From: Pseudomonadota bacterium
GTDB taxonomy: Bacteria; Pseudomonadota; Alphaproteobacteria; Rs-D84
NCBI GenBank assembly: GCA_023402015.1
Contig: JAEXCU010000013.1
Span: 59,604-123,603, forward strand
Reading direction: 5' to 3'
DNA length: 64,000 nt
A program made the position numbers and the translations under genes. Under the pieces are notes generated by a model. The model was not told where the DNA came from and did no database searches. It saw only the letters and a list, made by a program, of their open reading frames with translations. Within the stretch, counting starts at the first letter, position 1. Each line of letters begins with the position of its first letter. Of the stretch, positions 19,988-30,604 are shown in pieces.

Positions 19988-21184
19988 ATGTCTGATAAAA
20001 AATTGACCCGCGATTTAAAATTAATGATTGTGTTTTCCAGTCTGCGCAAAATATCAGATTTGTTTTTGGGCACGTTTTTGATTTCGTTCATTATGCAATT
20101 ATCTGCAAATGAAATATTAAACATATCTTTGTATAAATTGTTTGAATATGTCGCAACCGCCGCCGGATATTTTCTGTTCGCCCATTGGTGCAAACGATAC
20201 AGCAAAGTTGCCGTCTTTGCCCTGAATGTTATCCCCAAAGCATTTGTTTTTGGTGCCATTATTTACCTGGGCGATAATGTTGTTAACTATGTCGTGGAAT
20301 TGGGAATTTTAATTGGCCTGGGGGCGGCGATGTTCCATTTGCCAATGAACACCATGACTGGGGAAAAGGTTGCCGCGCCCGTTATGGGACGTTATTTGGG
20401 AATTAAAAATGCGGTGGATTATATGGTTAAAATTGTTGCGCCGGTTATGTTGGGTGCATTTATCACCGTTGGATCATATGTGGAAATCGCATATGTTTTG
20501 CTGGCGTTATCCATTGTGGAATTTGGGTTAACGTTCTTTTTATCGCCGTCGCGGCACCGCAGCCGCAAGCCAATTGATTTTTCAGGATTTTTTGCCTGTA
20601 TGATGCGATTTGCAATATTGCGTAAATTGTTTTTGTTGGAAATCCTGCGCGGTTTCAGCATCGGATTGTTGGGCACAATCATTCCAATGTACACGGTTTA
20701 CATGTTTCATACGGACCTGAACCTGGGGATATTTACGACAATATTTGCAATTTGTTCCATTTTAACATCACTGTTATTGGGAAAATATGGCCGTCAAAAA
20801 ACGCAACCAAAGATGTTATGGATTTGCATGGTTGTAATATTGTTCGGATTGTCCCTGTTTGTTTTCCATACAACGCCGGCCACATTCTTGGTTTATAATT
20901 TCGTATATGCAACGGCAATTTGCGTACTGAATTTAATCGCAGATACCAACATGTTTAATCTGTCTAAATCGCGGTGCGTGACGGTAAATCACAAGATAGA
21001 ATATTTTGTATTTCGTGATTTTGCATTATTCATCGGTCGGTGGATTGGATTTGTCTGCCTGATGTACATTGGTGTATTTGGCAACGCGTCCTGGTTGCGT
21101 TATTTATTGGTTGTAATTACTGCATCAATCTTGGCATCGGGGGCAGTATCGGTCAAAATTTCCCAACATATCCGCGGGCGGTAA
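19988..21184 (+). CDS. MFS-type membrane transporter
   Basis: 398 aa with about 12 predicted TM helices in two 6-helix halves. Confidence 0.65.
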   Translation: MSDKKLTRDLKLMIVFSSLRKISDLFLGTFLISFIMQLSANEILNISLYKLFEYVATAAGYFLFAHWCKRYSKVAVFALNVIPKAFVFGAIIYLGDNVVNYVVELGILIGLGAAMFHLPMNTMTGEKVAAPVMGRYLGIKNAVDYMVKIVAPVMLGAFITVGSYVEIAYVLLALSIVEFGLTFFLSPSRHRSRKPIDFSGFFACMMRFAILRKLFLLEILRGFSIGLLGTIIPMYTVYMFHTDLNLGIFTTIFAICSILTSLLLGKYGRQKTQPKMLWICMVVILFGLSLFVFHTTPATFLVYNFVYATAICVLNLIADTNMFNLSKSRCVTVNHKIEYFVFRDFALFIGRWIGFVCLMYIGVFGNASWLRYLLVVITASILASGAVSVKISQHIRGR

Positions 21185-21265
21185 ATCCCAGGCAAAGCAT
21201 CCTGTTATTCATGTATTAATTCTGTATTAACCTGGACGTGTATAAAAACACCAAAAGGAGGATAC

Positions 21266-23038
21266 ATGTATTTCAGCAATGGAAATTACGAAGCATTTGC
21301 CAACCCGCAAAAGCCCAAAGATGTGGATAAAAAATCTGCATACATTATCGGCGGCGGTCTGGCGGGATTGGCCGCGGCGGTATTTTTAATTCGCGATGGT
21401 AAAATGGCCGGCAAAAAAATCCAAATTTTTGAAGAACTGGATTTGGCCGGTGGCAGTATGGACGGAATTTTAAATCCCCAACGTGGATACATCATTCGTG
21501 GCGGCCGCGAAATGGAGGCCCACTTTGAAACCCTGTGGGATTTATTCCGGTCCATTCCGTCATTGGAAAACCAAGACGTATCTGTGTTGGATGAATTTTA
21601 TTGGCTGAACAAATCCGACCCCAGTTTTTCACATTGCCGTGTTATTGAAAACCGGGGCAAACGCATGAAGTCTGATGGTAAATTAACCCTGACCCAGGGG
21701 GCCATTCGGGAACTGATTGACCTGGCCCTGACGCCCGAAGAAGATTTGCAAGATGTTCAGATTGACCAGGTGTTCAGTGAAGAATTCTTTGAATCAAATT
21801 TCTGGTTGTATTGGGCGACAATGTTTGCATTTGAAAAATGGGCGTCTGCAATGGAAATGCGGCGCTATATTTTGCGCTTTATTCATCATGTGGGAACATT
21901 GGCTGATATGTCTGCATTAAAGTTCACAAAATATAATCAATATGAATCACTGATTACGCCATTGGTGAAATGGTTGGAAAAACAGGGTGTGAAATTTCAT
22001 TACGACACGCGCGTGATAAATGTTCTGATTGATTCCACGCCTGACAGAAAGGTTGCCCAGAAAATTCAATTAACCAAGGGTGGCAAAAAACGGGAAATAT
22101 CACTGACCCCAGATGATTTGGTCTTTATTACCAACGGTTCCATTACCGAAAGTACAACGTATGGCGACAATGATACGCCCGCATCGCAAAAACATGAACT
22201 GGGGGGCAGTTGGGAATTATGGAAAAACATTGCGGCCCAGGACCCAGAATTTGGACATCCGGAAAAGTTCTGTGAAAATATCCCGGCGGCAAACTGGGTA
22301 ATGTCTGCAACGATAACATTGACGGACGACCGTGTTGTGCCGTATATTAAACGCATCTGTAAAAAAGACCCGCACAGCGGATCAATCGTCAGCAGTGGCC
22401 CCGTTACAATCAAGGATTCCAATTGGCTGTATGGATTCAGCATTTCGCGTCAACCGCATTTCCGCAGTCAAAAACCAAACGAATTGATTGTTTGGACGTA
22501 TGGGTTGTTGTCCGATACCCCGGGCAATTACGTGCGCAAAAAAATTGCAGACTGCACGGGCGCAGAATTGTGCGCGGAATGGTTGTATCATATCGGTGTG
22601 CCAATGGCCGAAATAGATGACATTGCGCATCACAGTGCAAATACTGTCCCGTCCCATATGCCGTATATCACGACGTATTTTATGCCACGCGCACTGGGCG
22701 ACCGGCCGTTGGTGGTGCCACGGGGCGCAGTTAATTTCGCATTTATCGGAAACTATGCAGAAACGGTTCGCGATACAGTGTTTACCACCGAATATTCCGT
22801 CCGCACCGCGATGGAGGCCGTGTACACATTACTGAACGTTGATCGTGGTGTGCCCGAAGTATTTGATTCTTGCTTTGACGTTCGTGTATTGTTGCGCAGT
22901 ATTTATTACCTGAACGACAAAAAGAAATTAAGCGAAATAGACCTGCCTTGGTTTATGAAAGTTCTGGAAAAACGCGGAATGAAGAAAATCCAAGATACGT
23001 ATCTGGAACAATTATTAAAACAGGCAGATTTGGTTTAA
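21266..23038 (+). CDS. oleate hydratase (FAD-dependent fatty acid hydratase, MCRA family)
   Basis: N-terminal FAD fold [21 protein letters not shown] and characteristic MCRA-family length of 590 aa; GGAGG RBS. Confidence 0.8.
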   Translation: MYFSNGNYEAFANPQKPKDVDKKSAYIIGGGLAGLAAAVFLIRDGKMAGKKIQIFEELDLAGGSMDGILNPQRGYIIRGGREMEAHFETLWDLFRSIPSLENQDVSVLDEFYWLNKSDPSFSHCRVIENRGKRMKSDGKLTLTQGAIRELIDLALTPEEDLQDVQIDQVFSEEFFESNFWLYWATMFAFEKWASAMEMRRYILRFIHHVGTLADMSALKFTKYNQYESLITPLVKWLEKQGVKFHYDTRVINVLIDSTPDRKVAQKIQLTKGGKKREISLTPDDLVFITNGSITESTTYGDNDTPASQKHELGGSWELWKNIAAQDPEFGHPEKFCENIPAANWVMSATITLTDDRVVPYIKRICKKDPHSGSIVSSGPVTIKDSNWLYGFSISRQPHFRSQKPNELIVWTYGLLSDTPGNYVRKKIADCTGAELCAEWLYHIGVPMAEIDDIAHHSANTVPSHMPYITTYFMPRALGDRPLVVPRGAVNFAFIGNYAETVRDTVFTTEYSVRTAMEAVYTLLNVDRGVPEVFDSCFDVRVLLRSIYYLNDKKKLSEIDLPWFMKVLEKRGMKKIQDTYLEQLLKQADLV

Positions 23039-23102
23039 TTAACACGATAAAAAATGTCATTTATAATCATCATAAATAAAAACAGGCGATTAATTCGCCT
23101 GT

Positions 23103-23130
23103 TTTTATTTTGGCAGCCCCAACCAGATTC
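23103..23130. repeat. partial direct duplicate of tRNA-Glu 3' end (att-like)
   Basis: gtttttattttggcagccccaaccagattc matches 23358-23385 at the 3' end of the tRNA-Glu gene, 255 bp away. Confidence 0.8.
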
Positions 23131-23208
23131 CCTCGGCATAAAATGCCTGCGGGGAAACCGTAACGGCTTGATTGCGCTGCGCTTATCTCGCCTACTTGTT
23201 TTCGCACA

Positions 23209-23266
23209 GTGTCAAATTTTGTGTCAAATTTTGTGTCAAATTTTGTGCAAATTTTGTGTAAAAATA
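23209..23266. repeat. tandem iteron-like repeat (gtgtcaaatttt x about 4.5)
   Basis: gtgtcaaattttgtgtcaaattttgtgtcaaattttgtgcaaattttgtgtaaaa inside the tRNA-Glu-associated spacer. Confidence 0.7.
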
Positions 23267-23365
23267 TGCTAAAAAATGTCAAAAAATGACGATTTGGGAA
23301 ACAAATTATTAAACTATTGGGAAACGATAAATAATAAAAAACCGCAGAAATCTGCGGTTTTATTT

Positions 23366-23441
23366 TGGCAGCCCCAACCAGATTCGAACTGGTGTTCTCG
23401 CCTTGAAAGGGCGGTGTCCTAGGCCTCTAGACGATGGGGCC
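23366..23441 (-). tRNA. tRNA-Glu (anticodon TTC)
   Basis: Revcomp ggccccatcgtctagaggcctaggacaccgccctttcaaggcgag...ccagttcgaatctggttggggctgcca; G1:U72, encoded CCA. Confidence 0.9.
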
Positions 23442-23540
23442 AAAACTGCCACATTAATGAATTTATTCAATCCAAAAATGCTGGCAAATTATAACTGGCA
23501 TTTTTTCTGTTGTCAAGTCAAAACGATGCCAGTTTTTCAT

Positions 23541-23996
23541 TTAGTTTTGTGCCGGGGCGGGTTGTACAACCTCTACTGCGGTGGTTTCTTCAACAACTTC
23601 GCCCGGGATGGTGTCAACCTGCTGAAAAACAATTTCTTTGCCCGCGCCGTTCTTTAATGTCAGGCGGCCGTCTTTTAAATCATATGTTTCAACGGTTGAC
23701 ATAAACTGGAAATAATCTTGCTCTGTTTGCATTGCGTCCATTGGTCCCATCATCATTGTGGATGCCATTGGGCCGAATGCAATTTTGTTGCCGGATACTT
23801 CATATGGTCCGTTGTACAGATTTACAACACGACCGTTAACGCGCATTTCTGACGGGTCAAAAGACAAAATGATGTTTGTGCCTGTTGCATCAGAAACAAA
23901 GTTTGCACCCTTTAATGCCGCCGGGTTTGGTGTTTTGTCATTGCATGCCGCCAATGCCAAAATTCCCGCCGCCAGTGCAAATGGTTTTATGTTCAT
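23541..23996 (-). CDS. HslJ-like (META domain) lipoprotein
   Basis: ATG 23994-23996; lipobox ILALAAC; META/DUF306-like body. Confidence 0.6.
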   Translation of the reverse strand: MNIKPFALAAGILALAACNDKTPNPAALKGANFVSDATGTNIILSFDPSEMRVNGRVVNLYNGPYEVSGNKIAFGPMASTMMMGPMDAMQTEQDYFQFMSTVETYDLKDGRLTLKNGAGKEIVFQQVDTIPGEVVEETTAVEVVQPAPAQN

Positions 23997-24104
23997 TATT
24001 TTTCTCCCTTGGTTGGTATGCCAAGTATAACATATTGTCAATCATAGTAAATGTTATTTTATACCCAATGAAAAACGCACCCGAATGGATGCGTTTTTTA
24101 TTGT

Positions 24105-24123
24105 CTGGCGGGATTGAAGGGGT
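24105..24123. repeat. partial direct duplicate of tRNA-Asp 3' end (att-like)
   Basis: tctggcgggattgaagggg identical to 24292-24310; preceded by a similar T-rich tract. Confidence 0.8.
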
Positions 24124-24293
24124 TGTAAATTCCCACCGCTGTGCGGCGGGCCCCTTTCGGCTTGTACGGTTCAAACTGTGCGTTGCTTGTTTTCACCAAC
24201 TTCGCACACGAACCCTCTGCTTGGGTTCGCGCCCCTGGCATATTCATCAAGACAAATAAAAAACGTATCTTAAAAGATACGTTTTTATTTATC

Positions 24294-24370
24294 TGGCGGG
24301 ATTGAAGGGGCTCGAACCCTCGACCTTCTGCGTGACAGGCAGACGCTCTAACCAGCTGAGCTACAACCCC
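24294..24370 (-). tRNA. tRNA-Asp (anticodon GTC)
   Basis: Revcomp ggggttgtagctcagctggttagagcgtctgcctgtcacgcagaaggtcgagggttcgagccccttcaatcccgcca. Confidence 0.9.
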
Positions 24371-24473
24371 TGAAAGCCCACATATCTTATACTGACTGAT
24401 AAATAATTGCAAGTATTTTTTTCATAAAAAATAAAAATCCCCCATTGGGGGGATTTTTTTATTTGTGGGATGA

Positions 24474-25475
24474 TTATTTAATCAGTTTTCCCATTGCAAC
24501 GGCGGTATCACTCATGCGGTTAGAGAATCCCCATTCGTTGTCATACCATGCGCTGACATGAACCAATTTATCGCCAACAACCTTGGTCTGTCCGGCGTCA
24601 AAAATGGAACTGTGCGCGTCGTGCGTGAAATCAACGGATACCAATGGTTTGTCATTGTATCCGAACGTGCGGGATTCGGCTGCCTTCATTGCGGCATTGA
24701 CGGCTTCAACTGTTGCATCTTTTTCCAGATTAACAATTAATTCCACCACAGAAACGTCAGGGGTCGGAACGCGTATTGCAATGCCATCCAATTTACCCGC
24801 CAAATCTGGCAGTACCAGGCCAATTGCCTTGGCGGCGCCGGTGCTGGTTGGAATCATTGACAATGCAGCGGCGCGTGCGCGACGGAAATCTTTGTGATTT
24901 TTATCCAACAATTGCTGGTCGCCGGTATATGCGTGAACGGTTGTCATCCAACCGGAAACAATGCCGAATGTGTTATCCAAAACCTGGGCCACCGGGGCCA
25001 GACAGTTTGTTGTACAAGATGCATTGGAAACGATTAAATCCGCACTGGTCAATGTGTCTTGGTTAACGCCGTAAACGATTGTTGCGTCTGCGCCCGCAGA
25101 TGGTGCAGATACCAACACGCGTTTTGCGCCGCGTTCCAGGTGAACACGTGCCTTGTCCGCGGCGGTGAACAGACCGGTGCATTCCATAACAACGTCAATA
25201 TTCATTTCGCCCCATGGCAATTGTTCTGGGTCGCGTTGGGCAATGCATTTGATTTTCTGATTGCCGACGATAATTGTGTCGCCGTCTAATTTTACATCCA
25301 TTGGCAATTTTCCATGTACGGAATCGTATTCCAACAAATATGCATTTTGTTCGGCCGGGGCCAAATCGTTAACTGCAACAAATTCAATATCTTCGCGGCC
25401 AGATTCCAATGCAGCGCGCAAAACCAAACGGCCGATACGGCCAAATCCGTTAATGGCAACTCTTACTTTTGACAT
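24474..25475 (-). CDS. gap: glyceraldehyde-3-phosphate dehydrogenase
   Basis: MSKVRVAINGFGRIGR NAD-binding start; active-site SNASCTTNCLAP. Confidence 0.9.
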   Translation of the reverse strand: MSKVRVAINGFGRIGRLVLRAALESGREDIEFVAVNDLAPAEQNAYLLEYDSVHGKLPMDVKLDGDTIIVGNQKIKCIAQRDPEQLPWGEMNIDVVMECTGLFTAADKARVHLERGAKRVLVSAPSAGADATIVYGVNQDTLTSADLIVSNASCTTNCLAPVAQVLDNTFGIVSGWMTTVHAYTGDQQLLDKNHKDFRRARAAALSMIPTSTGAAKAIGLVLPDLAGKLDGIAIRVPTPDVSVVELIVNLEKDATVEAVNAAMKAAESRTFGYNDKPLVSVDFTHDAHSSIFDAGQTKVVGDKLVHVSAWYDNEWGFSNRMSDTAVAMGKLIK

Positions 25476-25578
25476 TTTTATTTCCTTTCGTTTTATATTA
25501 TTGGACAAGTTATAATAGCACCATAAACACGCATATTACAATTGAATTTTGATATTTCGCCATTTATAATCAAACCAA

Positions 25579-26445
25579 ATGAAAACATATGATTCATATA
25601 TTATTGCGGGCCCGACGGCATCGGGTAAATCTGACCTGGCACATAGATTGGCGGGTCAGGTCGGCGGGGTGGTCATAAACTGCGACAGTGTGCAAATATA
25701 TCGCGGAATTGAAAACATATCGGCCAGTCCATTTGCCGGTCGCGAATTGCGTGATGAAATTGATGGCGTCCCGTACAGGTTGTTTTCCATATTGGATTTG
25801 TCGCAACAAATTTCTGTGGCGGATTTTCTGGAATTGGCACGTCGTGAATATGACACGGCCATCCGTGCCGGTCGCGTACCAATTTTTGTCGGTGGCACCG
25901 GATATTATATAAATGCGATTATAAATGGGATTTCGCCCATGCCAGATGTTTGTGCGGCCAACCGTGCACGTGCACGTGATATGGTTGCGGCGGATATAGA
26001 TGCCGCCCGAAAATTATTACCCGATGATTTTGCCGCCACAGACCCGCAACGTACGGCACGCGCACTGGAAGTTTTTTTTGAAACAGGTCGTCATTTAGCG
26101 GAATTTCAATCTTTGCCGCGGACCGGTGCAATTGTTCCGACGCCACATCGTATATTGATAAATCCCGACCCGGATGTATTACGTGCCCGCATCGCGGCGC
26201 GAATTCCAAAAATGCTGGCCGGTGGTGCGGTGGACGAAGCCCAGGTGATAATAGACGCCGGACTGAATGAAAACCGCGCGATTGGCGCGGCCGTACTGTG
26301 TCAAATGTTGCGTGGTCAAATTACGAACGATGAATGCATTGCAAAATGGATAACCCAGACAAACCAATATGCAAAACGGCAACGAACATGGTTCAGAACC
26401 CAATTCGTGGCGGATACAGAAATTAATGATGCATATTTGGTTTAG
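25579..26445 (+). CDS. miaA: tRNA dimethylallyltransferase
   Basis: P-loop IIAGPTASGKSDLA at N-terminus, about 290 aa, IPT family layout. Confidence 0.85.
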   Translation: MKTYDSYIIAGPTASGKSDLAHRLAGQVGGVVINCDSVQIYRGIENISASPFAGRELRDEIDGVPYRLFSILDLSQQISVADFLELARREYDTAIRAGRVPIFVGGTGYYINAIINGISPMPDVCAANRARARDMVAADIDAARKLLPDDFAATDPQRTARALEVFFETGRHLAEFQSLPRTGAIVPTPHRILINPDPDVLRARIAARIPKMLAGGAVDEAQVIIDAGLNENRAIGAAVLCQMLRGQITNDECIAKWITQTNQYAKRQRTWFRTQFVADTEINDAYLV

Positions 26446-26999
26446 CGTTTGTTCTGGCGAACCGTTTCCAATGTAAATATTGATTGAACTTCGCGCATGA
26501 TTTTTAAATCTTTGCGTGCCTGGCGCAGTGCATTTTCCCGTTTTTCCGCATTGCGGTATTGTGGATTGCGCCGACGTTTTTCGCGTTTTTCACGTTGTTT
26601 GGCAAACAGATTTTGTATAAAGGCATTGTTCACAAACAATGTGTTTTTCAGTTTTTCTTTTTCCTGTTTGCGCAATTCTTTGCGGGCCCGGTTGGATATT
26701 GGCAACGCGTGGCCATGCATTGTGAACGCAGATAAATAATCCGCCATTTGGGTTGTCAAAGAATCCAAAAATTGGGGATCTGTATATTTGCCTTCCTGGC
26801 TGGGCAGTGTTGAAATAAATATTTTGGTTTTAAAAATTAAAAACTTTTCTGCGGCGGCGGAATATGGTACCGCTTCGCGCCATTTGTTTCGGGTGGTGGC
26901 CTGACTCATATAAGAAGCACCAAACTGTTCCAAAAATTCACTGGTTATTGTGCGTGTGTAATCGTTAAATGTTATATCCACTGCAGATTTGCGTCCCAT
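26442..26999 (-). CDS. hypothetical basic protein (R/K-rich C-terminus)
   Basis: 185 aa ORF, stop overlaps miaA stop region, no motif recognised. Confidence 0.45.
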   Translation of the reverse strand: MGRKSAVDITFNDYTRTITSEFLEQFGASYMSQATTRNKWREAVPYSAAAEKFLIFKTKIFISTLPSQEGKYTDPQFLDSLTTQMADYLSAFTMHGHALPISNRARKELRKQEKEKLKNTLFVNNAFIQNLFAKQREKREKRRRNPQYRNAEKRENALRQARKDLKIMREVQSIFTLETVRQNKR

Positions 27000-27079
27000 G
27001 ATTGCCCCCTGATATAATGGTTTTTTAATAAATAGGACAAAATTCGGACTTTGTCAAGTGTCGTGTAGAAATTTATAGA

Positions 27080-27913
27080 TTATTTGTCAGATTTTGCAGT
27101 TTTCGTGGTTGTACGCCCACGGGATTTTACAATTTTTTTGTCTGTTTTTGGTTTTTGGGGGCGGACGTCTGTGGTTTTATCGGTTTTTGATGCGTTTGCC
27201 TGTTTATTCATTGAATAATATTCCAGCATTACCGCAATTAAAATGCCCGATTCCTGCATATTCTTGGAAAAAGCAATAACATTGTGAAATTCTGTTTCCA
27301 GTGTGCCCCATCCGGAATATTCCCAATCAATCAGGCCGACAATATCCATGGTTTTGCGATTAACAATAATATTATTGCATATGTCGTTATGATTCCAACC
27401 GTCCCCGTCCTGGGTTCGCAGGTCTTCTATTTCAGCCGGGCGGGCATTATGAACCGCGGTGATAAATTCGGCCAATTGGCGGCCCCATTTCCAACTGTTT
27501 CTGGAAATTGTGCGTAATGAAAATGTATTCAGGTTTTTCCCCGGTATAAAATCATATTTGTAATACGTATATCCGCCCGCACGGACAATGTCAATTTTGG
27601 GAATACGCAGTGGCGATATATCTGCAAATGCATCGGTTATACGCTTTTCACGCATAATATGATCCGCCGGTATTGATTTGTCGTAAAATTTACGAATTTT
27701 GAAAACGTATTTTTTGTCCACAATAAATCCGATATTCCATCCGCCCTTTATCATTTTTGTATGACGAAAATTCAATTCCGGGAATGCCGCCCGCAGTGCA
27801 CGGTATTTATTGCGCCAATCGTATAATTTCACCGTGCGAATTTGATTACGTTTTTGTTTACTGGGGATAAAGTTGCACAAGAAATCACATGTTTCAAAAA
27901 ATAGTTTCCACAT
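27080..27913 (-). CDS. phosphotransferase-family kinase (APH/choline-kinase-like fold)
   Basis: Brenner motif HNDICNNNIIVN and downstream IDWEYSGWG (D..E.. metal-binding) typical of APH/ChoK. Confidence 0.6.
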   Translation of the reverse strand: MWKLFFETCDFLCNFIPSKQKRNQIRTVKLYDWRNKYRALRAAFPELNFRHTKMIKGGWNIGFIVDKKYVFKIRKFYDKSIPADHIMREKRITDAFADISPLRIPKIDIVRAGGYTYYKYDFIPGKNLNTFSLRTISRNSWKWGRQLAEFITAVHNARPAEIEDLRTQDGDGWNHNDICNNIIVNRKTMDIVGLIDWEYSGWGTLETEFHNVIAFSKNMQESGILIAVMLEYYSMNKQANASKTDKTTDVRPQKPKTDKKIVKSRGRTTTKTAKSDK

Positions 27914-27977
27914 ATATTAATCCATTTGATAGGTTTGTATAAATGGTATTGAAAAAAACGAAAAAAACAAGTACTTT

Positions 27978-30191
27978 ATGGATATGTTCAAACCAGGTGA
28001 TGTTGTCAAAGTCTTGATTCCCAACGTTGTTAATGCCGGATATGATTATCGGCTGACTGCGGCGGCCGATTTGGGGACATTTGTTGCATGCACGGTTATG
28101 AACCGTATGTATATTGGTGTTGTTTATGGCATCGGGGACAGTGGTTTGCCCGCGCAAAAGATAAAAAATGTATCCCAGGTATTCCCGACCCATTTGTCTG
28201 TTGCGGATTTGCAATGGATTCAGAAAATGTCTGAATGGACATTAATGTCGCCGGGCTCGGTTTTGCGGTTAATTGTAAATGTGCCCGATGCATTTTTACC
28301 CCCACGGGTTGAACAATTGTATGGTTTTAAATCGGATACCGGTGTTCGTATGACCACCGCCCGCCAGGCTGTTGCAGATGCATTTGCATCAAACGATGAT
28401 GAACCAATGTCTGCATCGGACATACAAAATATTGCACGTGTCAGTTCCGCAGTTGTGCGCACCATGATAAAAAATGGTACGTTGGAACCACGCGATTGCC
28501 GTGCGGTGGAACGCGACAATTTTGCGTATGAATATCATGATATGGGCACCGTTCAGTTAAACGATGAACAGGCCGCCGCCGCCGCCGCCATTGGTACCGC
28601 CATTAATATGGGCGGTTTTTCGGTCCATTTGTTGGACGGAATCACCGGCAGTGGTAAAACCCAGGTATATTTTGATTCCGCATGGCGTGCGTATAACCGC
28701 GGGGAATCTGTATTATTAATGATGCCGGAAATTGCATTAACGGCCCAGTTTATGACGCGGTTTGCGCATCGCTTTGGCGCGCCGCCCGTTGTATGGCACA
28801 GTAATTTAACCGCCGCCCGTCGGCGTGAAATCTGGCGTGGTGTTTTAAATGGCGATATTCGTATGGTTGTCGGCACGCGCAGTGCATTGTTTTTGCCGTG
28901 GCAGAATCTGGGTCTGATTGTGGTGGATGAAGAACACGATACATCGTACAAACAAGAAGACATGGGAAATTATCACGCGCGTGATATGGCGATTTTGCGC
29001 GCGAAAATTGCCGGTTTCCCGGTTGTGTTGGCCAGTGCCACGCCATCTGCGGAAACAATGCAGAATGTTGCAGACGGTCGGTATAATCACCTGCGTCTGA
29101 CGTCGCGATTTGGTGGGGCGCAATTGCCAACCATTAAAACAATTGATTTACGCGAAAATCGTCCGGACGAGTATCGTTTGGCCAATGATACGGATGACAC
29201 GCCGGCGCGGTCGGGATTTTTGTCGTCTGTAATGAATGATGCGATTTCGCAAAACCTGGCCGCCGGGCGCCAGGTAATGCTGTTTATCAATCGGCGTGGA
29301 TTTGCCCCGATTGTTCAGTGTAAAAAATGCGGGTGGGTTGCCACATGCGATGATTGCAGTGTCGGCATGACATACCATAAACGTTTGGGAAAATTATTGT
29401 GTCATATGTGTGGCCGCACATCGCCCATGCCGGATGTTTGCCCGGATTGTGGTGGCGCGGTGTCCACGCGTGGGGTTGGTCTGGAAAAGATTCAGGAAGA
29501 GGTATCCGCCCGTTTCCCCCATGCCCGTACCGCAATCGTTTCCAGTGATACAATCGCGTCCCGCCAGGCACTGGAACGCCTGGTCAATAAAATGGAAACA
29601 GGTGAAATAGACATTGTAATCGGTACACAAATTTTGGCCAAGGGTCATCATTTCCCGAACCTGACCCTGGTTGGTGTGGTGGATGCAGATATGGGATTGT
29701 TTGGCACAGATTTTCGCGCCGCCGAACACACGTTTCAACAATTGTTCCAGGTGGCCGGCCGCGCCGGTCGTGGTGAATTGCCCGGTACGGTATTATTGCA
29801 AACGTATCAGCCGGACCATCCGGTATTACGCGCCATTTGTGCGGGCGACCGTGATGCGTTCATGGCGTCTGATATGGCGGCGCGTCGCAGTGCGAAAATG
29901 CCGCCATATGGTCAATTAATCGCCATTGTGATAGAGGCGGAAAAAGAAACAATATTGCAAAAATATTGCACAGATTTGGCGGCCGCGGCACCGAAATTAA
30001 ATGGCGGCAAAATTATGGGTCCAATCGCCGCCCAGATTTATCAGGTGCGTTCGTGGTATCGCATGCGATTTTTGGTCGCGGGTGATGCGCGGGCGCGCCT
30101 GCAACCGGTGGTGATGCATTGGATTAAAAAGGTAAAACAGCCGGCCAATGTTCGCGTTAAAATTGACGTGAATCCGCAAAATTTTATGTAG
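27978..30191 (+). CDS. priA: primosomal protein N' (replication restart helicase)
   Basis: Walker A GITGSGKT, DEEHD box, tandem Zn fingers CKKCGWVATCDDC...CHMCG...CPDCG. Confidence 0.85.
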   Translation: MDMFKPGDVVKVLIPNVVNAGYDYRLTAAADLGTFVACTVMNRMYIGVVYGIGDSGLPAQKIKNVSQVFPTHLSVADLQWIQKMSEWTLMSPGSVLRLIVNVPDAFLPPRVEQLYGFKSDTGVRMTTARQAVADAFASNDDEPMSASDIQNIARVSSAVVRTMIKNGTLEPRDCRAVERDNFAYEYHDMGTVQLNDEQAAAAAAIGTAINMGGFSVHLLDGITGSGKTQVYFDSAWRAYNRGESVLLMMPEIALTAQFMTRFAHRFGAPPVVWHSNLTAARRREIWRGVLNGDIRMVVGTRSALFLPWQNLGLIVVDEEHDTSYKQEDMGNYHARDMAILRAKIAGFPVVLASATPSAETMQNVADGRYNHLRLTSRFGGAQLPTIKTIDLRENRPDEYRLANDTDDTPARSGFLSSVMNDAISQNLAAGRQVMLFINRRGFAPIVQCKKCGWVATCDDCSVGMTYHKRLGKLLCHMCGRTSPMPDVCPDCGGAVSTRGVGLEKIQEEVSARFPHARTAIVSSDTIASRQALERLVNKMETGEIDIVIGTQILAKGHHFPNLTLVGVVDADMGLFGTDFRAAEHTFQQLFQVAGRAGRGELPGTVLLQTYQPDHPVLRAICAGDRDAFMASDMAARRSAKMPPYGQLIAIVIEAEKETILQKYCTDLAAAAPKLNGGKIMGPIAAQIYQVRSWYRMRFLVAGDARARLQPVVMHWIKKVKQPANVRVKIDVNPQNFM

Positions 30192-30253
30192 TATTCCTAT
30201 TGAACATTTTTTTCGTTTTCTGATATAATATCTACATAACAAAGGAGAGAATA

Positions 30254-30574
30254 ATGGCGAATTTTTTATTTGCATTTGTAATAATGTTTGCGCTGGTGAT
30301 GCTGTGCATTGCGATAATTTGCATACCGATTATGATTGCAAACGCGCGTGGCATCTGTGGCAGTGAAAAGACCGCAATTATCGTGTTATCTTGGTTGGGA
30401 ATATTTTTTGGGATAACATGGATTGTTGCATTGGTACTGTCCATTATTTGGCGCGGTCAATGCTATGCCGGCGGTGATAATCTGGACCGGTTGGAAAAAT
30501 TATCGCGCCTGTACAAAGAAAAGGCAATAAGCAAAGAAGAATTTGAAAAAATGAAAGCGAAATTGTTGTCATAA
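30254..30574 (+). CDS. membrane protein with C-terminal SHOCT domain
   Basis: Two TM helices then LEKLSRLYKEKAISKEEFEKMKAKLL (SHOCT motif). Confidence 0.6.
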   Translation: MANFLFAFVIMFALVMLCIAIICIPIMIANARGICGSEKTAIIVLSWLGIFFGITWIVALVLSIIWRGQCYAGGDNLDRLEKLSRLYKEKAISKEEFEKMKAKLLS

Positions 30575-30604
30575 AAATCCCGCCATTTGGCGGGATTTTT
30601 CGTG
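30575..30604. terminator. intrinsic terminator
   Basis: aaaaatcccgccatttggcgggattttt; the same 24-mer recurs after rph at 58289-58316. Confidence 0.65.

Noticed and set aside
30575-30604. Identical 24-mer terminator (ATCCCGCCATTTGGCGGGATTTTT) at 30575 and 58289
   Set aside because: It is probably one member of the common AAAAACGCCCnnnnGGGCGTTTTT terminator family used throughout this genome. This does not indicate a duplication event.
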